A stretch of DNA of 64,000 nucleotides from Catajapyx aquilonaris (GCA_000934665.2 JYFJ02000141.1:1-64000); one strand, 5' to 3'; counted from the first letter of the stretch, positions 37,201-60,300 are shown. A program made the numbers and translations. Notes: generated from the letters alone by a model not told the origin.

Positions 37201-38341
37201 AACGTAGAACTAGACCCTACAGTGCACTTCAATATTGCCCTAGAGGCATGCGTATTGTTCATTTATCATTAGTTGTGGCTGTTAGCAACGAGTAATAACT
37301 CGACTTCATATTCACCCAGTGCATGCTGGTTTAACTTAATTTTCCTCAACTGTACGGAATAATCCTGTGGAAATGCTGCAAACATTATATTTTCAAGCTG
37401 TTTCTACAATTGTGAGCTATTGTACTGCATGAGTATTATTTTAATGCGATTAGTACGCCGCACAGTTTGAATCATTACTTCAGTAGAGTGAATAATCATC
37501 ACGGTTTTTACACACAAATTATGCTGTCTCTATACTGTACATTTGCGGGCAAAATGTATTGTACGAGTATTTAGTACACTGACTATAGTGACTAGTGCGA
37601 CAGTGTTTCACCTGTCTCTTCCTAATTCCTGAGCGTAATGTAGCCTGCTCTATATAGTGTGTGTCCAAATCTGTAACAGTTTTACACTGCAAATATAAAA
37701 TAGGCGAGTCTATGATGTTTTTACTTGTCAGAATCTCCTTTCTTTGATCTCCTTTCTGATTGATCTTGGTCGCGTAGACACTAGTCAACATAATCTTGCC
37801 GCCATGTCAGGCTGAATGAACACACGAAACCATGTAGTACTGTATCATATCAAATCATGGCAAATCCTGGCCATTGACTTACAGCAGGTTTGATACAAAG
37901 AGCCTGGAAAGGATCTTGAATGAAGCGGAAACGTACGTTCATTTGGGTTTTATATTCGATCGATTTATATTGCTCCAGATGAGGTTATTCCCACTGACTC
38001 AATTGAAAAGGAGACAAATGAATATCTCTCCACTTTTTGACACTTTGACATTGGAGAAAAATTGTGCTGGAAGACAGTAAAACAACTTCTGCCTTCAAAT
38101 GAGCTTTGAAAATTTTTGTGAGGGAATCTTTATCCTATATATGGTATAAAGGAACCAAAGGCAATCTTTGACGGTAGTTTTGCGGTTCATCCTTTATACT
38201 GTCGTGGGTGTAATAATAGAAGAAGGAAATGCTCCTCTTGAAAAACGAGGCTTTGTCTGCAATGTGCTCGCACACGTTCAACGCTCTCTGAAAAACGATT
38301 CCTTCTCAAATTACTGCCATTTCCTCTTTACCCTCCCGCAG

Positions 38342-46404
<8,063 letters not shown>

Positions 46405-47264
46405 GTGAGAGTGGTCAGGAAAATGTCCACAAAAAAATTGTATATGGGATTTTTAAAAAACACTCCGCAACATCCATCTTATTATGTATATTGTCGTACT
46501 TCCACTAGAACGGACGCCATCTATGACGTACCAGAAGGCTTGTCAAAATTGGCTTGAAAATTGGTCCGAATGTATGGTCCGTTGCACACATGTTTGATTG
46601 CATATGTAAACGTGATTTAGTGGCTCGTCTGTGTACGTGTGCCTAGACTGCTTTATAGGAGACGGAACGGGAATAAGGACGAGTCGCTGCGTGTCTCCAA
46701 GCTGCTGATTCGAAACTCCATTTCCGCCATTGAGGAAACCGCGTCACCGTGCTCGGGAGCCTCAAATCAGGTCGCATTATAGGATTCAGGAATGGCATTT
46801 ATGTGCTAAGTGTTGACAACTCGGACCTGAAAATGTCGATGCTCTACTTTTTGAAAAGGGCGAAAAAATGCGGGACAATTTGTAGAGTCGAAAACGAGTC
46901 AACTTGTCAAGCTGTTTGTCTTATCACAAACATGTTGACAACACACTATTAAATATTGGAAACTGCTACCCTTTTAAGTTGAAGTACATTCTTCTAAAGC
47001 TTTGTTAGCTTTTTTTTGTTTCAATGTAGTTTCAAAGCTCACCCATACGTGATTTTAACAAATCTTCGCCCCAAATTTCCATAGAAAAGAGACACGTTTT
47101 CACATCGCATGCAGCACACACATTATATCCTCTCTGTTTGAAGGGAGTTTGATGATGAAGTGCGAGCTCTCTGGGAAATCATTTGGGCCACAACCCTCTG
47201 CAGCCATACAGTATCTCAGATTACCCTTTTTGCATGAGGTGCTTTTGACTCTCACTTCTCACAG

Positions 47265-47506
47265 AGCTTTGCTCAGCTGTTGAGTTTCTCATTTTGAGTA
47301 CGCCTCTTCAAAAAAAACATAGTTCTGTTCCCTTTAACCTTGGAGAATCAACCATCCGTTCCGTACAGTCCACAGATGTGAGTCCACACTCCGAGGGACA
47401 AGTATGGACCATTTACAACAACTCAGAGTCTGCGGCCACTGGTCAGCGCTTACAACACACTAGCATGGAATTGGAGGGTCTCAAGGAAGGCGATGAAACC
47501 GTCTAA
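47265..47506 (+). CDS. Candidate terminal exon of PTHR-like A (ends ...EGLKEGDETV*)
   Basis: Pyrimidine tract plus CAG at 47262-47264, a Ser-rich open frame, and an ETV ending resembling class B receptor tails. The phase link to the exon ending at 46404 is not resolved. Confidence 0.4.
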
Positions 47507-50499
47507 ACATATTCAGTGTGAAAAAAATGTCATTTTTCAAATGTGGCACAAATGTTCAAAAGGTTTTGCTTGTGGTCCATTTTATTTAGGTAAGTTGTGA
47601 AACCTGAAAAACTATTTGATGACGCACTAGGTAGACTATGTACACGTCATAAAATAGCTTATGTGGGTGTTAACGATCAAAGCAAGCCGTATAAAGCTGC
47701 GTATATATTTTAATCCCTTTGTGTCGTATGATCAGTTGTAGTAGCTTGCTTGCATCGTCAGTAACAGGTTTGCCAAACTGATGGCGATTTGCATGATCAG
47801 GAGTGACGTCACAAAAGTCGGCGCATAAAAGCGGCGGCTTAATGGCCGTCACAATTACAGCACTTTGATATATTTCATTCCCAGCCTTGCACCGCATAAT
47901 TAATGTGCTCCCATCCAATAATTGGTGCCACTGTATGTTTTATATGTGTAGAACCCCCCATCCCCTCCCACCCACCTGTCGCTATAAAGCCCTCCCATAA
48001 CACTCTTATATAGGAAATCCTATTCTGAATTAATTAATTGCGAAATCCAGCAGCTTCCATTTCTCCCATAATCTCGCTTATTACAGCCCCTAAATAGTTT
48101 CAGGCCGGATTTCAAGGTAAGTGCTATAATTAGATGGACGCTCTGACGTCATCAGCGGCTTGTAGGAGTTGAATGGGGTGTAAAACGGGCTCCCTAAAGT
48201 GTTCCCTAGGGAGTCTTCTCACATGAAAGGATGTTCCTTGGATACAATGGCGCAAGTTCTTCAAGGGACTACTCTATTTTGGGGGGATCAGTTTCCAATG
48301 GGAAGGAAGGAGAGAAAAAAGATAAAAGAGAGAACACGAAATCCAAGCCTCCTTTTTTCCTTTCTCGAATAGGGTTTTTCTTGCCAAAGAAAAGGAAATC
48401 CGAGTTTGCCGGGCATTTTTGGGAGATTGGTGTGACGTACTATCGATCTGGTATGTCATGGGGCTCTAGGGTGACATCTGTTGCTTCTGGGAATAATATT
48501 GCAGGACAGGTTGTTCTGCCATAGGACTACAGATGCTCTACCAGTGATGCTGGAGATTGCCAACATACGAGCTGCTTTATTTAGCTTCTGCATCTGATAT
48601 TCTGCACGAGCTGCCTCGGCACTCTATTGTGGCGTGGGTCCATTGAGGGTGCTCAAATCGGACTTGACTTGCCTTAATAAATAGTCTCAAGTTCCAGGTC
48701 ATGATGACATACTCCATTAGCGTCCATGTCAAACCTAACCGTGGGAGGTCTTACGTAAATGGTGTCCCCGTTGACCTATCGAATGGTCAGTTGATTCGAC
48801 ACAAATGAAGCTATGATTATTCATTCATAATTTCATAACAGCTAAAAATAGGCCAGTTCCAAGGTCACTATATAAAAAATATAAGTGCAAATATTTCAAT
48901 ATTATTGTAACAAAGACGAACATTGTTCCACTTGCTGTCTTCTGTATCATCCTAGCATGATGCAACCACTGCTGAGGATATGTACGTTAATTGTTCTCGT
49001 TAGAAAATTGACTTGCGTAAGACCCAAAATTTTGGCTCGTTTGGAAGTAACGAAGGAGGCAAAAAAATAAAGAGCGTAGGCCATAATTACTGTAAGCGCT
49101 TCAAAGGCTGTCGCTCACTTTGAAAAGAAATTTAATATCCCCCGCCCACCTTTTGAATTTCACCTTTCATGCCGCATTTTCTTGACCTTTGATACTCGAA
49201 GCTGTCCCCCTCTGGTGCACTTACCGGTTTCAGTCGACGCGTTCTTCAGAGCCTGTGTGTACACTTCAATTCGAAGATCAAAGACTTTCGGGTTTGGCCT
49301 CTTGTCACTCTGTCGAAGTGTTGCACTCATGAAAAAATTGGGTGTTTGAAATGAGGTAAGTCAGGTCAACATAATGTTATTTACTTCACAACAAATTCAT
49401 CAACCGGCTGCTCTCAGGAAGTGACGTCAACACTGGGTTGTCATTGATGCCAGTTTTGTGAGAATAACAAAGCGGACAACAGTTATTTTGAGTGGTTTTT
49501 CGCTCTATTTCCATTTCATATAGCACTCTATGCCTTTGGGTGAATTGAAAAACTTACGTCATTGTGGTTTTGGTATTATTTCATCTGACAAGTGAGTAAA
49601 ATTTTGTAATCAAATGAAAGGAAAATTTAGAGGCCTGTTTTAATTGAAACAATAAGGTGGGAAAATCCCGCATATTCTAGACCGAGTTTTAAAAAATACA
49701 TAAGAAACGTATTCCCATATTTTAAACGATTCTCAAATAAATTATTCTTGGTCAAATATTCATCGCGCCAGGGGAGGTGTTTACTTTGAAATCTAAAAGT
49801 AATGGCTAGTAAAAATAGCAGTATACACGAGCCATACATACGCATCCATTTCTGCTCTTTCATTAGTTTAATTTAATACATGCTTAAATTATGGAACTGT
49901 AAGTCGTCTGGGAGACTTGACTTAACGAATAAAGAAATATTGATGTCCCCCTGGGTTTCGGAAATTTGTAGTCTAAACGTACCGTATATTTGGTACCTAT
50001 TGTGTGAGCCAGACAAAAATTGTGAAGTGGACACAAGCCCTAAGATTCCATTGATAAACTTTAAATAAACTGACAGAGTCAATTGGTCCACAATTTTCAT
50101 TCAAAATGAATTATTGACTCTATTTAAAGAGTTTAAGACGAAAAACCACTCCTGTAACAGTGAGCTCCTACAGCAAAATAATTCTACATTGGCAGCCTCC
50201 TCTAACATCTGCTTGAACAATAAGCACATCAAAGTTACACGGAGGCAATATTTCAGTCCCTCAAACGACCGCATTTGACCACCATTTTTACAGCACTAAA
50301 CCGTCTCAGCAATAATAACTCCCAGCGATAACAGTCTGACAGTGAGAAAAGAAATGGATCCAACTCTTCTCTCCCGCAGGACAAATGCCTTAATTATCTT
50401 GAGTCCTTGTTGCGAATCCCAGTTTCGGTTAGTTAGATCTCACTCTACCTTTTTTTCTTTTCTTCGAGAGTGAATCGTCTCATTTCTTTTCTCGCTCTC

Positions 50500-53400
50500 T
50501 CAAAGTGCACTCTCCCATTCCTGCTGAGAATTTGCTGGTTCCGCTTGAGGCTCCAGTCGACTTCTTAATTGGAGCTGCTCCCCCCAGCAACCTCTTCTAG
50601 GAGAATCAGCTGGCAAAGACGTGTTGCAGCAGCTCTTTCCCGACGATTCCTCTGCAACCGAGTGGTCAACAGGGTCCAGGCTCTGGGTTGACAGGTACAC
50701 CCTCTCTGAGGGTTGGGACAAGCTCTGTTCTGATGCCTGCAAGAGTTGTGGGAATAATTATTTGTTTAAAATTATATGTGGAGCAAATATTTAAACACAT
50801 ATGAAACACTTACTGTGGGGCAATAACTCCACTGAGTGCTCCCTTGGATGGACAGTTGGGCCATGTTTGACCCTTCCAACCGGTTGTTCAGAGCTGCTGC
50901 TGACCCCATGACCTCCTCTTCCTCTTCCTCGGCCATTTCTGTTTGAGACTTTTCCTCGATGCGAACCTCCTCAGGGTTGGCCACATGGGTGGACGGATAT
51001 GAACTTCGACCTCGGCTGAAGTACATTTTGGACTGGGACATGAGACTGGTGGCGGACCAAGGTGTGCGAGGAGGGGTCACTTGACACCCATTAAACTTTC
51101 GACCCATTTCGGATCGAACCTCTCCGTTCAGGAGGCAGTACAGGACGGCTACAAAAAATCCCTGCAAAAGAACATGGTGAGTCAAAAGCCATATTACCGT
51201 CCAGGGAAATGACGCTACAGGCTACAAACAGGGTAATTGAATTAAATGCTGAGAGAACTGGTATTGGGCAAGGCAATCTGTCTGAAACCCCAAGTATCCG
51301 CATGCCACAGGTGGTCAGGATTAATTTACGTGCCCCTGTTCGCTTAATTTAAACCAGATGCACATGTTTTTACCTGAAACGACGCGAATAGCTGGTCGCA
51401 GAACAGCCAGACTATTTCCACCATTTCGTCCACTCCAATAGCGTAGGACATGCCCAGGAACAGCATATAGTGGACGCCAAATAGTGGAACCAGTACCAAG
51501 GTTGACTTGGCCCATTTTCTGTGGGGGCCCCCCAAAAAATGAGGTTTTTAATGAGTTGTCGATCAAGCGTGGACCGCTGTCGTACAGGAAAAATTTGCAC
51601 TTTTAATCCAGGTCACTCGTTCCAGTTTGTCGATGAATATTCACGAGCATAAACCAATCTCATTTTTTTTTGTTTGAAAAAATAGAAGGAAATATATAGT
51701 CCACTCCTACCTATACCTGTATTTGCGTGTTTCCACAGACATGGACGACCGTATCTTCAGAAGCAGGACTCGAACGATGTTCAGAAAAAGCAGGAAATTC
51801 AGCTGAAAAAAGAAACACGACACACATTAAACAGTGGCCTGATCCACTTGATGGATTACCTTATTTAGATAATAGGGTCCTGCATTTAGCGGTCATCTGG
51901 CTATGATTGATCAGTGCCGACGGGTCGACCAATATTGTGAAAATTGCGTCTGCCCTATAATCACACGGTTATAAAGCAAGCCCTCAGGATATCTTGCATG
52001 TAAATTCGAACCTCCGTACTACTAGCCTTGGTAAACACTGCTGTGCCTTTTGAGTCTGAGCGTTGCATACGACTGGTTGTTTGAGAATCAACATAACCCC
52101 ATGATTTTGCAAAAGGTGGGCTAAATGTGGAGTATCTTAGAATATGCAAATAAATGTAGTAGTCAGCATGCACTTACAAAATAACCAACATAAAGGTCTG
52201 AAATATTCACAATTTTATATTATAGCACCCTTTTAAGGCAAACGATCCGCAAACTCTGGATGCATTTTCAGGGCAGAGTCACCAGGGGTGTTCGAGTGTT
52301 GTTAAAATGGTTCTAGGTAATTGGTTGAAAGTCCCGTGCAATTACGCGCCAGTCGGAGCGCTCATTACCGAGACAGTGTTTGCATCAAAAGGGTCCCCCC
52401 AAAATGTAGTTTTCTGGTAGCTCACGTGCCGCGTAGAAATATGTTTGCACTGCGCTCCATACATAGTTGATCTAAAGCTTATGGCCGTTATACCAACCAC
52501 AAAAGTCTTTTGTAAGCAGCAGATTTTGACATAAAATCATACGGGGCCTTCCGAACCACATGCCAGAGAGTACTGGCCTTTTGTTGTCCTGTGCATGACT
52601 TAGAGCGGATCAAGACCGTCAGCGTGACAAAAGGCGTGGCAAATTGCGCTTCCTCGACCTCATTAAATCTTCACCCTTGTCGCCAGAGTAAGGAGACGGA
52701 GGAGGGGGGCTTCGGTCCAACTTGGGAGAAACTAATTAGGACCCTGATTTCCCGCCCAGAGAACACTCACCACTATAGACAGCACGATCGGGATTCGAAT
52801 GATGAGGAAGTAGACCTGGTTGGCGTAGGTGGTCCAGCAGAGGGTGTCCTCAGATGTGGCTCGAGCTATGATCCAAGGGGTTACCACCACCACTGGCAAC
52901 CCTGCAGGAGATTAGTTTATTATTAGGAAATTGCAAGATTACCGCAAGAACAATGTTCGCATTATGAGATTTCAGTTTGTATTAATCAGCTGGAAAGGAT
53001 TCCATTCCATTTATTTGATTACGTTTTGTGGAAATGCGCATTAATTGAATTAATATCTCCTTGCCATCTAATTTTGTCGGCATTTTGATATCAATAGGAT
53101 GATCATTTATACAGGGTGGTGCTCACTTCACCAACAATTATAAAAATTATCATTGGAGGAAACATGGGCAATGCACTACCCTGCACGGACATCCCAAACC
53201 ATGAAACTACCATCCAATAAAAAGACACCAGGAACCAGATAAAAGTGTCGCGACTCACCCCATCCCAACGCGACGTAAAGAGTGATGGCGCTGCTGTCAG
53301 AAAACGGCGCCAGAAAAATGAGATTGTGCAAGTACAGTCCTTCCATCAGGATCCACGAGTAGTTGGCCATGATGAAGTACTGCCACAAGCTAGTGATGGC

Positions 53401-56400
53401 TTTGCACTCCCAGTTCTAGCAATAATAAAAAGGGCAGCAGTCCCCGTCTGTTTTTATGCCCATCTCAAAGCAACAAGTTGTCGGCCATAAAAACCGTCTT
53501 ACGTCGTCTTCCTCCATATACGCCGCTTGTCCATCTTTCATGACGATGGAAGAAGGCAGTCCGACACCTTCGATGAACAGTGAGTCCTTCAGGAGTGCCA
53601 TGAAAGCCCTCATGATGAACGACACGAACAGGTGCATGTGGAGCATGTTGCGAGGACATCGGAGCTTCCTGACAAAAGGTCATGAATTAGTGTCGGAATT
53701 GTGTTTGACACGGAAGAAAAACCATGATTGCTTTCTGCCAGTGCCTGTCGGGAATGAAACAAATCGTTTCGGAACTTACTTGAGAGACGCGAGGATAAAG
53801 AAGGCCACCAATAACGTTGCGAGGGAAATGCTGTAGCCCAATTGCGACATGCTTTTGATTGCAGGTAACCATCTCTGTAAAAATGAGTAAAAAAATGACC
53901 TCCTGCTGGAGTAAAATTAAGGGCTATTGTGACGAGCAATTTTCGGTCCGATTGTTGCTGGCACGAGTCCTTACTAAGGCTTGCTGTCAATGGTGACGTG
54001 ATTGGGAACCATCAAATGGAATTTTTATACATATAGAGAGAAGTACCTGCAAGATGCTGGAATTATACAGTCCTTCATCGAACTTGATAACTGCTGTGAC
54101 AAAGGGGCTGGGACTGCATAATGAGTAATTACTCCAAGTGGAGTTGAATTCCTCGTGGAAAAACCATTTGCCGTCCTTCCCGCAATATCGACTCGCAGTA
54201 GCCTTGGAAGATAGAAAAACAGTTCGTTTTACCATGTTGGGAAAAAGGTGTCATATAACACCTTAAAAATCCATGCTGACAATATTACATTTTCCGCAAA
54301 AATTGCCTCATTTCTGTCAGTGATAAAAGATGTGAAATTTGATGGATCTGTACCGGAACACTATTGGTTGTGTCCATTCATACGAATTTTCCAGAAGTTC
54401 CATTGGCCCAGATTTGGGTTTTGTGTGACGAGTCGGAGAGAATGTAGCCTATACAATAGGTTGTTCCGGACTGTGCAACGTAAACTTTTTTTGTTCGTCC
54501 AATTTTGGGAGGGTATAGAGAGCAAAACGAGGCCCAAAGGGGCTTGTTTCAGTAGAGATTGGGCGCAGCTGTAGACCGAAGTTTTGGTGCCTGGAAACTG
54601 GAATAAGTAGTGATGCACTGTGGGGAGCTGAAGCCTCACAGCACAAAGCTATTCTCTTTTTCTTCTCGTTCTTTATTCTTCCTTTGTTACATACCTGGTC
54701 TGTCCCAGTCAACTTTTCAACATACGAGCCATATTTCTCAATTCACCGATACTTACATTATTATTCTGAGAACAGTGCAAAAATATGACATGATAGGTAA
54801 CCAATGCATATGCAGAATATTTCATCGTAGATTCCCCTAGAATTCTGTGCAGTTTTCAGTATATGCAGTATGTAGGTCTGTAATATTCGAATCAGTGATG
54901 TGTGTCGTTCCGGAAATGTCAGTTATGCGAGAATTCTAGGAGGTGACTTCTGTCTCATAAAACATAGCTTTTGTTCCGTTAATGTCAACCTAACGTGGCG
55001 TAAAGAATCGTTATAGTATATGTGGAGTTGCACAATTTTCGCAAAATAATATACCGTACAGTCGAATGTCAGGACACTTTTTTAAATAAGCGAATGTGTT
55101 CAAGCCAAATGTTTCGTTATTATTTAATTCCATATCGATTCAGTATCTAGAGAAGTAAAATGCTACTTACATTTGCATCGAATCCGTGAATGTAAGCTGG
55201 ACAAAATATATGATGCTGCGTTCCTGCAGGCACAGATGGCCAGCAAAATGCCCCGTCCCATGCTATAGAGCAGCGAATTCCATCTATAGAGAAACAGGAC
55301 GATAAGAATTATGCTGACGTGCAAGAAAGTTATAGCATACAACAATGAAGACGAGAATAAAATGTTCCAGGTAATCTCTTCACCCGACAATTTATTATGC
55401 ACACATTTATCGATGATAAAAATCTGGCTTGTTTGCCCTGTCAAGTCACGTCCTCTAAAAAAAAGTGCAGCTTCCAATATCGGGCCCCTGGTAGTTCCGC
55501 TTTGCGGAAATTCTTTTCGAGTTTGCTCCTCTTTCCTTAGAGATCGATATTTAATATGATTACCACACGTGAGTGAGGGAAAACGTGCTATATAATAGTA
55601 ATAACAAAAGTGTCAACAGTGCACAAGAACAACAACAAAAAACTAATCATTGCACTGATGCCGGGTAAGTGAAGTCATCTTAATCCATCGGAAATTTTAA
55701 ACGAGTTATTATGAAATGATGGGTGCTATATTACTGTAACTACATCAAAACAAGCGAAAAAAAACTTTTGGAAACCACTAAAAATACCTTACGCCAGCTT
55801 TTCCCCGAAATGAGGAAGTGTTCCTAAGTCACGTACAATTTCAAGGCATTTGGAAACTACAACTTGAACAAAAAAACGAGGTGCCAAAAAGTTACTGAAA
55901 ATAATTCCATTATCGGTTACAAAAGCGCACTACTTCGCAACTAAAGTATCCGGTAGTAATTTCGTTTCCTTCTGTGGATCGTCTGCTCCAAAAGACACAA
56001 ATGCATTAGACACGAAGTTAAGTCATGAAAATGAGAGTTGAGCTGAATTAATCTCTCGTCTTAAATAAGACAATGGCACTGTTGGGGTAAATATACACGT
56101 ACTGTACACACAATATAAGAGTTTCTTAAACGCTCCCGGAACAACGCTGTCTATATAACGATGGAAATATATGTATTGAACATGAATGGTGCATGAGACC
56201 ACGTTGCCCACAAGTCCGGAAAATTTCCTCTGGGATTTTCTCCGATCCAATTTCTCAGAAGGCACAGCTTGCTATCTCACCAAAAAGTGGTGCGCCTGCA
56301 GTATATTGTGCAGCCAGTCAAGACCAGAGGACAAAGCCTAGCAAAATGTCATTCACACTGTGCGCATATGACGCGCTTCATGCTCAAAAGTGCCCCGCCC

Positions 56401-56593
56401 TATTATATATGTAGAGCCAAGATTTCCAGGAAATATCCGATGGGATATGACTCTGAATCATCAATGGCTGGTGCAACATACCCTGCTGGTGCAATTCCTC
56501 AATGGCCTGCTTCTTGAGGCATTCCGCTTCTTTCTCTTTCAAAATCCGGTTCTGAGCCTGCATGGTGGCCTCCAGATCCTCCGAGGATGTGCA
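50500..56593 (-). CDS. PTHR: Class B GPCR, parathyroid hormone receptor-like (iPTHR) paralog B; first exon uncertain
   Basis: Minus-strand exons 56593-56482, 55283-55171, 54202-54047, 53874-53780, 53668-53503, 53415-53259, 52901-52771, 51802-51717/51711, 51518-51374, 51161-50814, 50736-50500, all GT-AG and phase-consistent. Same ECD Cys pattern (CSIAWDGAFCWP, WSNYSLC) and 7TM motifs as paralog A. Ends QQEWESAL*. Confidence 0.9.
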
Positions 56594-57333
56594 CTGTCGG
56601 AAATAGAGAAGAAGTCAACATTAGTTGTTTTGTAGTCATGTAATCTGCCCGACTCGCTCTTCATTAACGCTGGGTGTGGATTGACGAGTGTTTAATCAGC
56701 TGACGTGTCGGCTCAGTCCTCAAAAAGTCACGTAACAAGTGGGCGGGTAAACATTGTGCGAGGCGGAACTCCTCACTGTACACTGAGCTTCACAGTACAC
56801 TCGTGTCACAGAAAATCATGTAATGGACCTGCTCAGCCGTTTATAGCCCCACCTTATGGCTTTAGTGTGACTAATTAAATTTCATGAATAATTTTGTGTG
56901 AACACTGCGAAAATGTTAGGATATGTACGGCCATTGCTCATTTTAAAATTAGGAAAAATCTTCCGTTATAATTATATACAGAACAGGCATTCAAAAGACA
57001 TCTGACTTTTTTTACGTAATTTGAGTGATAGAACTGTACATTGCTATTTTGTTACGTATTACAAATTTCTGAATATTTAGAAGCGCCATGCATTGTTAGT
57101 ATAGCTGAAAATGTGACTCAAGGGCCCTCTCACTTGATGTAAAAATTGAGTTAACGATGGACTTAATATTGGCGTGTCATTTTCAAGCCGGATCAAGTGA
57201 GAAGGTGAACGTATCGTAAATTATGTAGCATCGTGTTCACTCACACTTTTGTAATGCGAGAAAAATTGACACTGGACCCTGCACAGGATGAGTCACAACT
57301 TTGGTTTCGGATTAAAATGATGATGGCACTTAC

Positions 57334-57372
57334 CACCAACACATCTTTGACCTCCGAGCAGCGACCTTTCAT
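57334..57372 (-). other. Candidate first coding exon of PTHR-like B (MKGRCSEVKDVLV)
   Basis: ATG at 57372 with an in-frame upstream TAG, 13 codons, then a consensus GTAAGT phase-0 donor matching the phase-0 acceptor at 56593. Confidence 0.4.
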
Positions 57373-60300
57373 GGGCAACCACTACGTTCGATCTCCACTA
57401 TCCACTGTTCGGTCCTGGTCTGAATAGGTTGACAGATGTTCCACGCCCTACGGCTGGTTTTGATTACTTAAAGCAAATGCATCGGCCAATCATCGGAAAG
57501 AGGAACCATCTGAGCGAGCGATCGCACAACTCTTTGGCCTGTCACTTTTCTCCTGCGAGGACCTAATTGATTTTGTAGTACGGCATGCGAAAAAGGTTGG
57601 GGACGCGGCTCATAGTGTTTGGACAGGTGAATCCATCCCCGGTTCGTGTCACGCCTCCATCTAAAGGACACTTGAGTAATCGAGAGATACTGACCTGGAA
57701 AATAAAAAATGGGAGGGAAAGAACTACAGGTACCTACAAAGTTGTCTGCTGTCTTGCGATGTATAGAAGCTGAAGTATACTTGAAACGTTTTATATGATT
57801 CATGTCAATGTCACATCACGTGTCGTGTCCATATGCATTGCATTTACATTTAACAAGACTCCGTTGAATGACTCCAAGAAGGACACTACCTTATATCACA
57901 TACCTTATCACTTCATGTGCTGCGCTATATCGAGTAGCATGGCAGTCGAAACCTTTGAAACCAATAACGTATAGGAAAAGTGAGGAGATGCTTTTCCATG
58001 GAAGGATTTTTTTCTCCAATAGTAGCCTTTACTCTGTCATGTCGAAGGTGACACCAAATACTAGCAATTTTGATGCCCGTTACCTATAGGAAAATATGTA
58101 GAGGCATTTTCGATGCTCGTGCGAAATTGAAAGCCTGCCACTTTTATGTGAATGCCTTTCCCTTTCACCCCCTTTTATGTGAGATAGGCCATATTCAGAT
58201 TTTCCGTTATTAAGGATTTCAAAAATAAATGTCAATACTGTAGTATACGAGCGGGCACAGTTTGCTTTTAACGCAAGCAACATTAACTGAATTACCAATT
58301 TTTTGAGTTTTTTTTACAATATTGTTAGCAATACAGTAAAACCTCGATATAGCCTTGATAACCTTGATAAATTATCAAATGCAAATATTAATAAGCTATC
58401 AATGTTTTAGTTAACTATTATAACTATGATCAATAGCCTTTTATAATGATTATTATTAATGACTCAGTTTGTCCCTCTCATATTCATCATCCTGATATGA
58501 AACTTGGATACTGATGTCATTGATGACAGAGGAAGTCATTGTTGCCATTTCATACTGTACTCAGTATTTGTAAATTACCGCAATTTTTAGTGCCGCACCT
58601 CCACTCGTATCATAGTTTGGATTATCCCATAAGCTTTCTCATTGGTTTCAGTGGTTTCCTGTTGTTGACAGGTTCAGCTAACTTTAGCTCTCTATACCAG
58701 AGTTAAAACATTTTGCTCCAACTTGATGCATAGCCTACAGGGCCGTGTGTCCCGCCACGTTCATCGGGAAATAATTCTCACTTCAGAAGTTTTTACACCC
58801 CGTAACTCATTCTAAACGTCACTTGAACCCAACCATTCTCACGAGAAACAGGGTGTGAGTAAAGTAACTCGCATCTCGTGTGCATATTATTCACACGTCC
58901 CTTGCTGGATCCGGATGATAACAACTATGATCTGATTAAACCCCTGCCCTCATGATGTCCACTCTGGGAAGATCCCCTTTGGCAAGGTTCATCCCAGCGT
59001 GTCAACACAACCAGTAGCTTTGTGCGTATGTACTGTAAGCGAGTGTGGAAAATTTTACTACCGGGACCCAAATTCAACATTGGATTATAAACATGGCACA
59101 ATAGCTCGGGAGTGGGCAGCTAGGGATGTGTATATCCTTATAGTTGGTGCATTTGAGTTGGGCGTGGAAACTGAAATGTCAATATACGATATGGTGTGTA
59201 CGTAGAACTTTTTTCGTGGTATGAAGGTGAACCTAGGCGTATATGCTGATGATTTCGTACTGAGCACAGTCATGGGAACATTAAAAATGTATAACCAAAA
59301 TTTCAGGAAAGCATGCAGTGGAATTTGCACACGAATTCCTCTTCAGTAATTAAATTAAATTAATCGACAATATTTGGTTAATAACTAAATTTTGAAAATT
59401 TTAATCCGAGTACTAGATGTAATTAGTGATATTTGCACCCAATTATCTTCCAACCACCAGCATAAAATAATGGTAGCATCCAATATCCTATTGTAGCACG
59501 ATTCAGTGCTAATGAGTGAATCACGTGCCAGGCTATCGCTTTGTAGTTTGCGTGAACAATAATTATTGTAATCGGCTTCAAAGAGTCTGCCACAATGCGT
59601 GTGAGAGGCGACATATGTCAATTGAGGGCTCGAGTGTCGCACTGTTTTGCGCGACTTTGCATGACACGCGTAATGGATCACCTGGAAAAATGTCACCTGG
59701 ACATCATCTGGTATGTCGCATAATTTATTCACGAAGCACAAAGCAGCACTAAGATGGAGATATCCTTCACATGTCTAGGAGACAAATTGGAGCAAAGTGC
59801 TTTGCTTTTAGTTGGCTTTACCCTCCCCGATAATATTTTCATGGAGCGCATTTTCACACACAAGTGCGCAATTTTGCACTGACAAACGGATCCCTAGCTT
59901 ATTGAGATTTCACGGACCGGTTCGGATTTTTGTGTAATCTAAAACTAATTAACTGCGCATGTTTTTTCGCCATTGCCCACGGGTTGACTATAATCCGCAT
60001 GAAAACTTCAAAGTGGGCTGTTACTGTAGGCCTACTTGTGAATTTCACGGTTTCTAAGTAATCCTTATTGACTTTTTTTCAAAAAAAAAACAAGCGTAGT
60101 AGTTGAAGCTCTGATCCATATCTGCACAGATTTCAATAAATGAACATCGGTTGAATCAACTTGTGGTGTCAAAGATCAAAGGCTTCTTGGCATCTCCTTT
60201 CCGCATGAAAGAGTCACTTGACTAAGAGTCTCAGGAAAGCTTGAGGGACTTTGCCTCAGAAGACTACAGTAACGCGCCTCAAAATTCAATTGCATCCAGG

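Noticed and set aside
27000..38300. Short ORFs across the 11-kb gene-poor stretch, including a search for an iPTH ligand precursor
   Set aside because: No ORF showed a signal peptide with dibasic/amidation sites or any recognisable domain. The stretch is consistent with the 5' intron or regulatory region of PTHR-like A.
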